Shown here one piece after another: positions 9,972-19,311 of a stretch of 64,000 nucleotides of DNA (position 1 is the stretch's first letter; every line of letters begins with the position of its first letter). Below the pieces are notes generated by a model. The model was not told the DNA's origin. It saw only the letters and a list, made by a program, of their open reading frames with translations, and did not search any database. Origin of the DNA: a virus; the IMG/VR virus record IMGVR_UViG_3300020162_001876, positions 32,001 through 96,000 of that record, one strand, 5' to 3'. The position numbers were made by a program, and so were the translations under genes.

Positions 9972-11039
9972 ATGATAGTAAAATGTTTAGGAATATACCA
10001 AAATTCCAGTAATAATATAGATACTAGTTGGTACGGAACAACTGATTATATTATAATAGAAGATAAAACTAAATATGAAAATCTAATAGAAAAACTATTA
10101 AATCAATCCCCTAATACTAATTTAGGGGATAAAGTTTATCTAGGTAAATTATCTAATATTCCAAGACATCGAGTTAAGGAATATTTTGAAAATTCTACAA
10201 GTAAAAAAACTTCTAGAATAGAACAAGCTAATACTATTATTTTTAGTAGAGAATATTTAACTAAATTTAAAATTTTTTTAAAAAAATTAGAATTAAAAGA
10301 ATTATTACCTTTAGAAAAAACCCAAATATTACAAGATTATATAAGAAGAAATTCAAATGAATGGACTTATAAAAAAATAGCACCTGTTTTTGAGGATAAT
10401 ACTTTATTACTTATTACAAATTATTATAAAAATACCAATTTAAATGATAATTTAGTACCTAACTTTAAAAGAATAATTGACACTACCAAAATTAAAACCC
10501 AATATATAGAGGCTTTATATCGTGATAATTATACAAAAGAAGTATTAACCTACCTAGATTTAATTTTACAAAATCCATCAATTAATATATTATTTGATGA
10601 AGATTTTCTAACCGATTTAAATTCAGATGGTATTGAATTAGATAATGATTATTTATCTACTTTAAATAGTATGTTTGAAAGTAAAGAACAAGCTAATATT
10701 AACTTAGCTTTAGAAATGTTATCTAATGTTAATATTGAAAAAAATTATTTTACTATTGCTTTACTTTTAAATAGATATCAAAATCTATTCTCATGGGGTA
10801 GTGGTTTAAGTATGTCTCAAAATAAAAGTTTTAAAAGTATTGAAAAATTCTTAAAAGATAAAGGAATCAATTATCAAGCTGATTGGAGAATATTTAATGC
10901 CGCTTTATATAAAAATGCCCAAAATGATCCTGAAAAAGTTGAAATAATAATTCGTTCAGTTTTAGATAATCTAAATAAATATATGAAAGAAGGTGGTGGA
11001 AGTGGTTTAAATTTATCAAGTATAAAATTGGCCTCTTAA
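9972..11039 (+). CDS. Hypothetical protein between MoxR and vWA genes
   Basis: ORF track; C-terminal motif shared with 8451..8753. Confidence 0.7.
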   Translation: MIVKCLGIYQNSSNNIDTSWYGTTDYIIIEDKTKYENLIEKLLNQSPNTNLGDKVYLGKLSNIPRHRVKEYFENSTSKKTSRIEQANTIIFSREYLTKFKIFLKKLELKELLPLEKTQILQDYIRRNSNEWTYKKIAPVFEDNTLLLITNYYKNTNLNDNLVPNFKRIIDTTKIKTQYIEALYRDNYTKEVLTYLDLILQNPSINILFDEDFLTDLNSDGIELDNDYLSTLNSMFESKEQANINLALEMLSNVNIEKNYFTIALLLNRYQNLFSWGSGLSMSQNKSFKSIEKFLKDKGINYQADWRIFNAALYKNAQNDPEKVEIIIRSVLDNLNKYMKEGGGSGLNLSSIKLAS

Positions 11040-11057
11040 AGAGGCCTTTGTATATTA
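11027..11057 (+). promoter_or_regulatory. Early/middle promoter with palindromic spacer
   Basis: ATTG; GGCCTCTT-A-AAGAGGCC 11030-11046; TATATTA 11051-11057. Confidence 0.7.
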
Positions 11058-11073
11058 TTAAAAAATAAAAGTT

Positions 11074-12252
11074 ATGTCTATATATCATGAAATTACAAAG
11101 TTTTCTAAAACTTTAATGTTAAAAGAACCATTTTATGGTTTATTTTTAATTTCACTTAATAAGGAATTAAATACTTCAATTCCTACAGCGTGTGTAACAC
11201 CTGATAAACTTAATATTAAGTTATGTGTTAATCCTGAATTTTGGGAAAAATTAGATGAAAATACAAAATTAGCAGTTTTAAAACATGAATTGTTACATAT
11301 TGCATTTTTTCATTTACAACATTTTGATCGTTTCCCTAATAAAAAGTTATATAACGTAGCTGCTGATTTAGAAATCAATCAATATATTCAAGATGAATAT
11401 AAAGGTGAAAAATGGGATGGATTAGAATTTGATGAAGGTATTTATAAACCTTTAAATTTATTACCTAAACAAGGTACTAAATATTATTATGATAAATTGC
11501 AAGATGAATTAGATAATAATCCTGATGGTGATTTTGCTAATTATATGAATGGAATGGAGATTGATATTCATGATTTATGGGAAGCTATGGAAGGAATGGG
11601 TGAAGCAGAACGTAAATTAATAGGTAAACAAGTTGACCATCAATTAAAAGCAATTGCAGAAGAATTAGAAAAGCGCTCTAAAGGTCGAGGATTAATACCT
11701 TCTGAAATGAAGGACTATATAGACTCGTTATTTGAAATAACTGAACCTGTTTTAGATTGGAAAGCATACTTAAGAAGATTTAGTAATACCTCAAATAAAA
11801 TTATTACTAAAAAGACTAGACGTAAATTAAATAAACGTTACTCAGACAATCCCGCATTAAAAATTAAACTTAAAAAATCTACATTAGTAGCAATTGATAC
11901 ATCAGGTTCAGTTTCAAATAGTGAATTAGCAGAATTTTTTAATGAAATTTACCACATTTATAAAACTGGTACTAAAGTAACAGTAGTAGAATGTGATGCT
12001 AATATTCAAAGAGTTTACGAATATAAAGGTAAATTAGAAGATTTATCTGTTCAAGGTAGAGGTGGTACGGATTTTGAACCTGTAATGAAGTATTTAGTAG
12101 AACATAAAAATGAATTTGATAATTTAATTTATTTAACTGATGGTGAATGCAGTTCACCTGCTACTAAACCCTTAAAACCTATATTATGGGTGCATAGCTC
12201 AAAATCAAGAATAAACGAAGAATTACCAGGTACTAAAATTAAAATACAATAA
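11074..12252 (+). CDS. Metallopeptidase-vWA protein (DUF2201-like)
   Basis: HELLH (HExxH), N.A.DLEINQ, MIDAS DTSGS, GGGT-like GRGGTDF, LTDG. Confidence 0.85.
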   Translation: MSIYHEITKFSKTLMLKEPFYGLFLISLNKELNTSIPTACVTPDKLNIKLCVNPEFWEKLDENTKLAVLKHELLHIAFFHLQHFDRFPNKKLYNVAADLEINQYIQDEYKGEKWDGLEFDEGIYKPLNLLPKQGTKYYYDKLQDELDNNPDGDFANYMNGMEIDIHDLWEAMEGMGEAERKLIGKQVDHQLKAIAEELEKRSKGRGLIPSEMKDYIDSLFEITEPVLDWKAYLRRFSNTSNKIITKKTRRKLNKRYSDNPALKIKLKKSTLVAIDTSGSVSNSELAEFFNEIYHIYKTGTKVTVVECDANIQRVYEYKGKLEDLSVQGRGGTDFEPVMKYLVEHKNEFDNLIYLTDGECSSPATKPLKPILWVHSSKSRINEELPGTKIKIQ

Positions 12253-12255
12253 GTT

Positions 12256-12957
12256 ATGTCACCAATGGGAATATTAAATAAAATACAAGAGTTTATCAAT
12301 CCTGATAAAAATAATGTTAAAACATTACCTCAAAAATATGATGATATTATATTTGCCCTAACTAATATTAATGATAAATTAGTATTAGGTGGTAGTTTAG
12401 GATTATATGTAATGGGTGTTATAGATTATGATTTTAAAAATCGTAAACCTGATATAGATTTTAGTTTAACTGAACAATTAACTGAAGAAGAATTACTTAC
12501 TCTTAAAGATTTTTTCAATTTAGAATTAGTAATCACCAGTGGGGATTATGATATAATTCCAGTTTCTGAGAATGGTTATGAACATAAACTTCCTAAAACT
12601 AAATCTATTTCACATTTTATTCAAAAAGAATTAATTCAACTAAGAAAAACATCTACTGAATGGATTACACCTGCAGGTGATAGTGGTTACATAGAATATA
12701 CTGTAGACTTTTTTAATAGCCAATATATTAAAAAAAGAGATATTATTTATGTTGATTATAATGGGGTAAAACTTAAAGTTAATCATCCATCTATCACATT
12801 ATCTTATAAATCAAGATACGCCTATGATAATAGAGTAGGTAAACAATACAAACACTTTAAAGATATTGGTGATATTAATTGGAAAAAATACTTTCAAATA
12901 GTAAAAAGTATTAAATCCCAATGGGTAGAAGATACATGGTTTAATGAATTTTCTTAA
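12256..12957 (+). CDS. Putative nucleotidyltransferase (Pol beta superfamily)
   Basis: LGGSLGL...PDIDF (G-S-x-DxD) plus later VDFF. Confidence 0.6.
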   Translation: MSPMGILNKIQEFINPDKNNVKTLPQKYDDIIFALTNINDKLVLGGSLGLYVMGVIDYDFKNRKPDIDFSLTEQLTEEELLTLKDFFNLELVITSGDYDIIPVSENGYEHKLPKTKSISHFIQKELIQLRKTSTEWITPAGDSGYIEYTVDFFNSQYIKKRDIIYVDYNGVKLKVNHPSITLSYKSRYAYDNRVGKQYKHFKDIGDINWKKYFQIVKSIKSQWVEDTWFNEFS

Positions 12958-12964
12958 AATATTT

Positions 12965-12974
12965 AATATTTATA
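12965..12974 (+). promoter_or_regulatory. Putative late promoter AATATTTATA
   Basis: Recurrent intergenic motif. Confidence 0.55.
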
Positions 12975-12989
12975 GAAAAATAATTATAA

Positions 12990-13472
12990 ATGTCTACTAT
13001 TGTATTGCTAAGTTGTACTAAATCTAAATTAGATAAACCCTCACAGGCGCAAGATTTATATTCTGCGTCTCCTACGTTTAAAAAAACATTAGAGTACGGT
13101 AAATCACTTAAGCCCGATAAAATGTATATTCTATCGGCAAAGCATTATTTAGTGCCTTTAACCAAAGTTTTGGCGCCATATGATAAAACTCTTAAAGAAA
13201 TGCCTAAAGAAGAAAAAGAGGCTTGGGGTGAAAAAGTATTAAATCAAATGAAACAAGTAGGAATTAATCCTGAAAAGGATCATTTTATATTTTTAACAGG
13301 TACAGAATATATGAAACCTCTATTAAAATACATTCCTGAAAATCATACTGAAATGCCTATGTCAGGTAAACGTATGGGTGAACGTATGAAATGGTTAAAC
13401 CAACAAATACAAGGTATTAAAGAAATAGTAAATTACGTTAAAAAAACATTATATGAATACTTCTCAAAATAA
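12990..13472 (+). CDS. DUF6884-like protein
   Basis: LLSCTKSK...A.DLY...ILSAKH.LV....PYD.TL pattern. Confidence 0.65.
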   Translation: MSTIVLLSCTKSKLDKPSQAQDLYSASPTFKKTLEYGKSLKPDKMYILSAKHYLVPLTKVLAPYDKTLKEMPKEEKEAWGEKVLNQMKQVGINPEKDHFIFLTGTEYMKPLLKYIPENHTEMPMSGKRMGERMKWLNQQIQGIKEIVNYVKKTLYEYFSK

Positions 13473-13698
13473 ATTACAAGAATATATTACTTTATATTTA
13501 AATGATTTAGAAGATTATGGAGATCAAGTTGATTGGTTATTAGCTGAGAGTGCTTTAAATCCTCTTAAAAAACTTCTTGTAGAATCCTTGGATACCTCGA
13601 ATCTTAATACTATATTGTATGAAGCTTATCAAAAAGCATCACCTGTAAAACAACATATTATCAAAGATTTTATATCTTATATAAAACAAATAAATTAA
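13453..13698 (+). CDS. Hypothetical protein
   Basis: ORF track; LxE-rich. Confidence 0.55.
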   Translation: MNTSQNKLQEYITLYLNDLEDYGDQVDWLLAESALNPLKKLLVESLDTSNLNTILYEAYQKASPVKQHIIKDFISYIKQIN

Positions 13699-13704
13699 TT
13701 CCTT

Positions 13705-13956
13705 ATGGAAACAGTTACAAATAATGATTATAGAACACGCACTATAAAAACGCCTGATAAAATACAAATTACCTTTTTTGATAATAAATTTCACTGTTGG
13801 GATCATGCAGCAATTAAATATCCTAAAGAAATGAAGAAAAAAGATGAATACTACCTTTATGGTTTTCAATATACTAAAGAAGATTGGGTTGAAGCACGTA
13901 AAGATAGAAATGGAGTGCCTCCAGATAAGAACCCACAAGTTAAATCAAGATTTTAA
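13705..13956 (+). CDS. Small hypothetical protein (H.WD.AAI.Y...EYYLYG pattern)
   Basis: ORF track. Confidence 0.6.
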   Translation: METVTNNDYRTRTIKTPDKIQITFFDNKFHCWDHAAIKYPKEMKKKDEYYLYGFQYTKEDWVEARKDRNGVPPDKNPQVKSRF

Positions 13957-13964
13957 TAAATAAA

Positions 13965-13996
13965 TTTGGCTCCTGTAAGGAGCCTTATTATATTAA
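13965..13996 (+). promoter_or_regulatory. Early/middle promoter with palindromic spacer
   Basis: TTTG; GGCTCCT-GTA-AGGAGCC 13968-13984; TATATTAA 13989-13996. Confidence 0.75.
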
Positions 13997-14019
13997 TATA
14001 TTATAAAAATTAAAGTTAT

Positions 14020-14550
14020 ATGAAAATAGGTTTATGTGGTACAGTAAGTGTTGGAAAAACAACATTAGTTAATGCTTTAAAAGAATTACCACAATTTAAA
14101 GATTATTATTTTGCTACTGAACGTAGTAAATATTTAAGAGATTTAGGCATTCCTCTAAATACTGATTCAACATTAAAAGGTCAGACAATATTCTTATCAG
14201 AACGTTGTGCTGAATTAATGCATGAAAATATGATTACTGATAGAACAGTTATTGATGTAATGTCATTTACACAAGCTGCTAAATCAATAAAAGTAGCAGA
14301 TAAAATTTCATATGAGGAATATGCTCGTAATTTCATTAATGAGTATGATTATATTTTTTATGTATCTCCTGATGGGGTAGAAATAGAAGATAATGGAGTA
14401 AGAGAAACTAATGCTGAATATAGAGATCAAATTGATTTTCTTATTAAAGGTATTCTTACAATTTACTCACATAGAATCAAAAATTTACATACAATATCAG
14501 GTAGTACTGAGGAAAGAATTAAACAAATAATAGAAACCATTTCTTTATAA
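14020..14550 (+). CDS. P-loop nucleoside/nucleotide kinase (NadR/AAA_28-like)
   Basis: GTVSVGKTT; ITDRTVID; EDNGVR. Confidence 0.75.
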   Translation: MKIGLCGTVSVGKTTLVNALKELPQFKDYYFATERSKYLRDLGIPLNTDSTLKGQTIFLSERCAELMHENMITDRTVIDVMSFTQAAKSIKVADKISYEEYARNFINEYDYIFYVSPDGVEIEDNGVRETNAEYRDQIDFLIKGILTIYSHRIKNLHTISGSTEERIKQIIETISL

Positions 14551-14558
14551 TATTTATA
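14549..14558 (+). promoter_or_regulatory. Putative late promoter AATATTTATA
   Basis: Recurrent intergenic motif. Confidence 0.55.
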
Positions 14559-14591
14559 TCAAAAATATTAAATTTAAAACCCTAAAATAAA

Positions 14592-15629
14592 ATGAATTTT
14601 AACGACAATTTTGATTTAAAAAAAGCTAAATCTTTTTTATTATCTGAAAATTTTCAAATGGATGAAACAGAAAATTTGGAAGAAATGGCATCCTTTTATA
14701 GTATCAAACCTGATGTAGATGAAGACGAAGCTAAAGAAGCTATAGCAGCTATAAAAGCTAAATTAAGACCTGGAACTGCTTTTTACCAAACATTAGACTC
14801 ATTAGAAAAAACTGGTGAAGCTGATTATATAAAATTTAAAAAAGAAACTGGTAAAGATATTGCTACTTGGAATAAACCTGAAACTAGAGCTATACTACAA
14901 AATGACGGTCCGTTAGCTCAATATTTAAATGCGGGTTCATCTCCATTAGCTAATAGATCAGGTCGTCCTAAAATGGATAAAGAAATGGGTGATAAAGAAG
15001 AAACAGATCCTAATCAATTAAGTTTTGATTTAGAAGAAAATGAAATGTTAGATGAAATGGCTACATTTTATAAAATCAAACCAGGTATGGAAGATGAAGC
15101 TAAAGATGCTATCGCAGCTGAAAAAGCTAAACTAAGACCTGGAACTAATTTTTATAATACTTTAGATTCATTAGAAAATACTGGTGAAGCTGATTATATA
15201 AAATTTAAAAAAGCTACTATTAGCCCTGAACTTCCTCAAGGAAAAGATGTAGCAACTTGGAATAATCCCGCGACTAGAGGAGTATTAGAAAAAGATGGTC
15301 CTTTAGCTCAATTTCTTGATGCAGGTTCATCACCTAGCGTTAATAAATCAGGTCGTCCTAAAAGTGAAAAAGGTGAAGAAACAGCAACCCCTAAAGCTCC
15401 TACTAAACCTAAAGAAGATAAGATTAAAATTACTACTCCTAAAACCTCATCGACATCAGCTGAAAAATCACCTGCTAAAGAAAGAGATTTAGCTCAAGAA
15501 ATAAAAGATGCTGAAGCTGAAGTGAAAAAATTAGGAACAGCCGCTTTAAAAAGTCAAGATCCAAAAGATATGGCTAAAGCTAAAGCAGCGACTGCTAAAC
15601 TAAAAGCTTTAAGAGCTGAGGTAAAATAA
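14592..15629 (+). CDS. Probable internal head protein with tandemly duplicated ~95-aa domain and Lys/Ala-rich tail
   Basis: Two copies MA.FY.IKP...KLRPGT.FY.TLDSLE.TGEADYIKFKK...SGRPK, each after L(E/D)E. Confidence 0.7.
   Translation: MNFNDNFDLKKAKSFLLSENFQMDETENLEEMASFYSIKPDVDEDEAKEAIAAIKAKLRPGTAFYQTLDSLEKTGEADYIKFKKETGKDIATWNKPETRAILQNDGPLAQYLNAGSSPLANRSGRPKMDKEMGDKEETDPNQLSFDLEENEMLDEMATFYKIKPGMEDEAKDAIAAEKAKLRPGTNFYNTLDSLENTGEADYIKFKKATISPELPQGKDVATWNNPATRGVLEKDGPLAQFLDAGSSPSVNKSGRPKSEKGEETATPKAPTKPKEDKIKITTPKTSSTSAEKSPAKERDLAQEIKDAEAEVKKLGTAALKSQDPKDMAKAKAATAKLKALRAEVK
14685..15362 (+). repeat. Intragenic direct repeat (copies start at 14685 and 15057)
   Basis: Shared nucleotide blocks such as ACTGGTGAAGCTGATTATATAAAATTTAAAAAAG. 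Confidence 0.85.
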
Positions 15630-15652
15630 TACTTTATAAAATTAAAGAAAGT

Positions 15653-15679
15653 AGCCTAACATTTACGTTAGGCTTTTTT
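15653..15679 (+). terminator. Intrinsic terminator
   Basis: AGCCTAAC-ATTTAC-GTTAGGCT + T run. Confidence 0.75.
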
Positions 15680-15709
15680 CTCCTTTATATAGTTATATAA
15701 AAAATTACA

Positions 15710-17308
15710 ATGAGTGATCAACAACTTCCATTAAAGGAAATCATAAAACAAGAATGGTTAAGATGTCATCAGGACCCAGTTTATTTTATGAAAAAATATT
15801 ATTGGATTCAACATCCTCAACGAGGAAGAATTCAATTTAATTTATACCCATTCCAAGAAAAAGTATTACAGCAAATTCAAAAGAATGAGTATACAATTAT
15901 TAACAAATCAAGACAGCTAGGTATATCAACATTAGCATCAGCTTATGCTTTATGGTTAATGTTATTTAATAAAGATAAAAACATACTTTGTATAGCAACC
16001 AAGCAAGAAACTGCTAAAAATATGGTTACTAAAGTACGTTTTGCTTATGATAACTTACCTAAATGGATGAAATCTGGTGAGAAACCAGCTGAGAATAATA
16101 AATTATCTCTTAAGTTAACTAATGGTTCTCAAATTAAAGCTGTTGGTGCAACAGCAGATGCTGGTAGATCTGAAGCTGTTTCTTTTCTTATTATTGATGA
16201 GGCAGCGTTTATTGAGGGAATCGATGAGATATTCGCATCAGCACAACAAACCTTAGCAACTGGGGGACAATGTTTAGCGTTATCTACGCCTTATGGTACA
16301 GGTAATTGGTTTCATAAATCTTTTACTAAAGCCCAAGCTAAAGAAAATAAATTTGTCCCTTTAAGATTACCTTGGACAGTACATCCTGAACGAGATCAAA
16401 CTTGGAGAGATGCCCAAGATGAAATTTTAGGGCTTAGACATGCAGCTCAAGAATGTGATTGTGATTTTAGCACATCAGGAGATACTGTTATTGAACCTGA
16501 TATGCTTAATTTCTTAGAATCTACTTTTGTAACAGAACCTATTGAAAGACGAGGAATAGATGGATCTTTATGGATATGGGAACAACCTGATTATTCAAAA
16601 TCTTATATGGTTGTAGCCGATGTTGCTAGAGGTGATGGAAGTGATTACTCAGCATTTCATATTTTTGATATAGCTGAAGCTAAACAAGTAGCTGAATTTA
16701 AATCTCAAGTAACAACTAAAGATTATGCTCATATTTTATTTTCAATAGCTACAGAATATAATGATGCCTTATTAGTAGTAGAAAATGCTAATATTGGTTG
16801 GAGTGTATTAGAACAATTAATAGATAGAGGGTATAGAAATTTATATTATTCTTCTAAAGCAGATACAACAATGGGTGCTAACGAAAACCAACTAGCAAGA
16901 ATGGAAAACGGCCAAGGTATGCTCCCAGGCTTTACTACTTCAATGAAGACAAGACCACTTTGTATCTCAAAATTAGTTTCGTACATTCAAGAAAAATCAG
17001 TTACAATACAATCTAAAAGATTATTAGATGAATTAAGAACTTTTGTTTGGAAAAATGGTAAAGCCCAATCACAAAATGGATACAATGATGACTTAGTAAT
17101 GTCATTCAGTATTGGTTTATTTTTACGTGATACTGCTCTTCGTTTTAGACAACAAGGTTTAGATTTAACTAGAGCTACTTTAGGAAGTTTTCATGTTTCA
17201 AGTCAACAAGCTCCAAGTGTATTCTCATATAATAATCATACAGATAACCCTTACAAAATGGATAATGGGGTAGGAGGAACTGAAGACTTTAGTTGGCTTC
17301 TTGGTTAA
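15710..17308 (+). CDS. terL: Terminase large subunit (T4 gp17-like)
   Basis: LYPFQ; KSRQLGIST; IIDEAAF; STPYG; nuclease DVARGDG.DYS and DDLVMS. Confidence 0.95.
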   Translation: MSDQQLPLKEIIKQEWLRCHQDPVYFMKKYYWIQHPQRGRIQFNLYPFQEKVLQQIQKNEYTIINKSRQLGISTLASAYALWLMLFNKDKNILCIATKQETAKNMVTKVRFAYDNLPKWMKSGEKPAENNKLSLKLTNGSQIKAVGATADAGRSEAVSFLIIDEAAFIEGIDEIFASAQQTLATGGQCLALSTPYGTGNWFHKSFTKAQAKENKFVPLRLPWTVHPERDQTWRDAQDEILGLRHAAQECDCDFSTSGDTVIEPDMLNFLESTFVTEPIERRGIDGSLWIWEQPDYSKSYMVVADVARGDGSDYSAFHIFDIAEAKQVAEFKSQVTTKDYAHILFSIATEYNDALLVVENANIGWSVLEQLIDRGYRNLYYSSKADTTMGANENQLARMENGQGMLPGFTTSMKTRPLCISKLVSYIQEKSVTIQSKRLLDELRTFVWKNGKAQSQNGYNDDLVMSFSIGLFLRDTALRFRQQGLDLTRATLGSFHVSSQQAPSVFSYNNHTDNPYKMDNGVGGTEDFSWLLG

Positions 17309-17314
17309 AATCCA

Positions 17315-17324
17315 AATATTTATA
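17315..17324 (+). promoter_or_regulatory. Putative late promoter AATATTTATA
   Basis: Recurrent intergenic motif before portal. Confidence 0.6.
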
Positions 17325-17341
17325 ATATATAATAAAATTTT

Positions 17342-19270
17342 ATGGTAGATACTTCATTCTTTGGTAGATTACAAAGATTATTTTCAACAGATGTAATAAT
17401 AAGAAATGTTGGAGGTAATCAATTAAAAGTAATGGATACAGATCGTATCCAACAACTTGGTACTATCCAAACAAACTCACTTTATGATAGATATAATAAA
17501 GTTTATACTACTACAGGTGGACTAAATTTTAATTATAATAATGATTTATCATATCCTACTACACGTATTCAGTTATACACTGATTATGAATTAATGGATA
17601 GTGATTCAATTATTGCTTCTACATTAGATATATTAGCTGATGAAACTTGTTTAAGAAATGATTTAGGAGAAGTATTACAAATACGATCTTCAGATGAAAC
17701 CATACAAAAAATACTTTATAATTTATTTTATGATGTATTAAATATCGAGTTTAATCTTTGGTCTTGGACTCGTAATATGTGTAAGTATGGCGATTTTTAT
17801 CTTAAATTAGAAATATCAGAGAAATTTGGTGTATATAATGTAATACCATTTTCTTCTTATTCTATTATTAGATTAGAAGGTAAAAATCCTGAAAAGCCGC
17901 AAGAAGTAAAATTCAAATATGATCCAACTTTTACATCTCAACAATCACCATTAGGTCCTCAAGTTATTTCTAATTATAATCGCAATACTAATGAAGGTAT
18001 AATTTTTGATAATTATGAAATGGCTCACTTCAGATTATTATCTGATTTTAATTATTTACCTTATGGTAGATCTTATATTGAGCCTGCTCGTAAAATTTTC
18101 AAACAATTAACTTTAATGGAAGACGCGATGTTAATACATCGTATTGTAAGAGCACCTGAAAAACGTACATTCTTTATTAATGTTGGTAATATTCCACCTA
18201 ATGAGGTAGAAAATTACATGCAAAAGACTATTAATAAGATGAAGAAAACTCCGCATATTGATCATCAAACTGGTGAATACAATTTAAAATATAATATGCA
18301 AAACATTCTTGAGGATTTTTACATTCCAGTAAGAGGTGGAGATGCAACTACAAGAATTGAGACTACAAAAGGATTAGAATACACTGCTATAGAAGATGTT
18401 ACTTATTTAAGAGATAAATTATTCGCTGCTCTTAAAGTTCCAAAAGCTTATTTTGGATTTGAAAAAGATTTAACAGGTAAAGCAACTTTAGCTGCTGAAG
18501 ATATTCGTTTTGTAAGAACTGTAGAGAGAATTCAAAGAATATTAATATCTGAATTAACCAAAATTGCTTTAGTTCATTTATACTCACAAGGATATGATGG
18601 GGAGTCATTAACTAATTTTGAATTATCATTAACAGTTCCTTCAATTATATATGAACAAGAAAAAGTAGCCTTATTAAAAGAAAAATCTGGATTAGCTACT
18701 GAATTATTACAAAATAAAATTGTTCCTACTGACTGGATTTATGATAATATTTTCCATTTTAGTGAAGATCAATATGATGAATATAGAGATTTAATACTTG
18801 AAGACGCTAAACGTAAGTTTAGAATAGATCAAATTGAAACTGAAGGTAATGATCCTTATAAAACAGGTGAAGCTTATGGTACGCCACATGCTTTAGCATC
18901 ACTTTATGGTTCTAGTAGATATCCTGGTACAGAAGGTGTGCCAAAAGGGTATAATGAAGATGGTGATACTTATCCTGATCAAGTATTAGGACGTCCTAAA
19001 GAAAGATCATCAAATATTAATACTCAAGATAGTGCTCTAGGTAAAGATAGATTAGGTAGAATTGGAATGAAAAAAGATGATTCTGAATCTAAAGGATTTA
19101 AAACTTCTTATAAAGGTGGTTCTCCATTAGCTTTAGAAAATGTTGCAACACAAGCAATTTATCATCAAATTTCAAATAATTTAAAAAATATGTTCCCTCA
19201 ACGTAAAATAAAATTGTATGAAGAGAGCGATTTATTAAATGAAGATAACCTTTTAAAAGAAGATAAATAA
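17342..19270 (+). CDS. Portal protein (T4 gp20-like)
   Basis: L.LMEDAMLIHRI.RAPE.R.F.I.VGN.P; EDFYIP.RG; ALKVPK. Confidence 0.95.
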   Translation: MVDTSFFGRLQRLFSTDVIIRNVGGNQLKVMDTDRIQQLGTIQTNSLYDRYNKVYTTTGGLNFNYNNDLSYPTTRIQLYTDYELMDSDSIIASTLDILADETCLRNDLGEVLQIRSSDETIQKILYNLFYDVLNIEFNLWSWTRNMCKYGDFYLKLEISEKFGVYNVIPFSSYSIIRLEGKNPEKPQEVKFKYDPTFTSQQSPLGPQVISNYNRNTNEGIIFDNYEMAHFRLLSDFNYLPYGRSYIEPARKIFKQLTLMEDAMLIHRIVRAPEKRTFFINVGNIPPNEVENYMQKTINKMKKTPHIDHQTGEYNLKYNMQNILEDFYIPVRGGDATTRIETTKGLEYTAIEDVTYLRDKLFAALKVPKAYFGFEKDLTGKATLAAEDIRFVRTVERIQRILISELTKIALVHLYSQGYDGESLTNFELSLTVPSIIYEQEKVALLKEKSGLATELLQNKIVPTDWIYDNIFHFSEDQYDEYRDLILEDAKRKFRIDQIETEGNDPYKTGEAYGTPHALASLYGSSRYPGTEGVPKGYNEDGDTYPDQVLGRPKERSSNINTQDSALGKDRLGRIGMKKDDSESKGFKTSYKGGSPLALENVATQAIYHQISNNLKNMFPQRKIKLYEESDLLNEDNLLKEDK

Positions 19271-19274
19271 AATT

Positions 19275-19284
19275 AATATTTATA
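19275..19284 (+). promoter_or_regulatory. Putative late promoter AATATTTATA
   Basis: Recurrent intergenic motif. Confidence 0.6.
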
Positions 19285-19311
19285 ATTAGTAGTTAACTAT
19301 ATATTGAATAA

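Noticed and set aside
15710-15770. Terminase N-terminus LKEIIKQEW as a capsid-targeting leader
   Set aside because: It runs into the usual E..KC..DP.YF start of gp17-like terminases and lacks a terminal LxE
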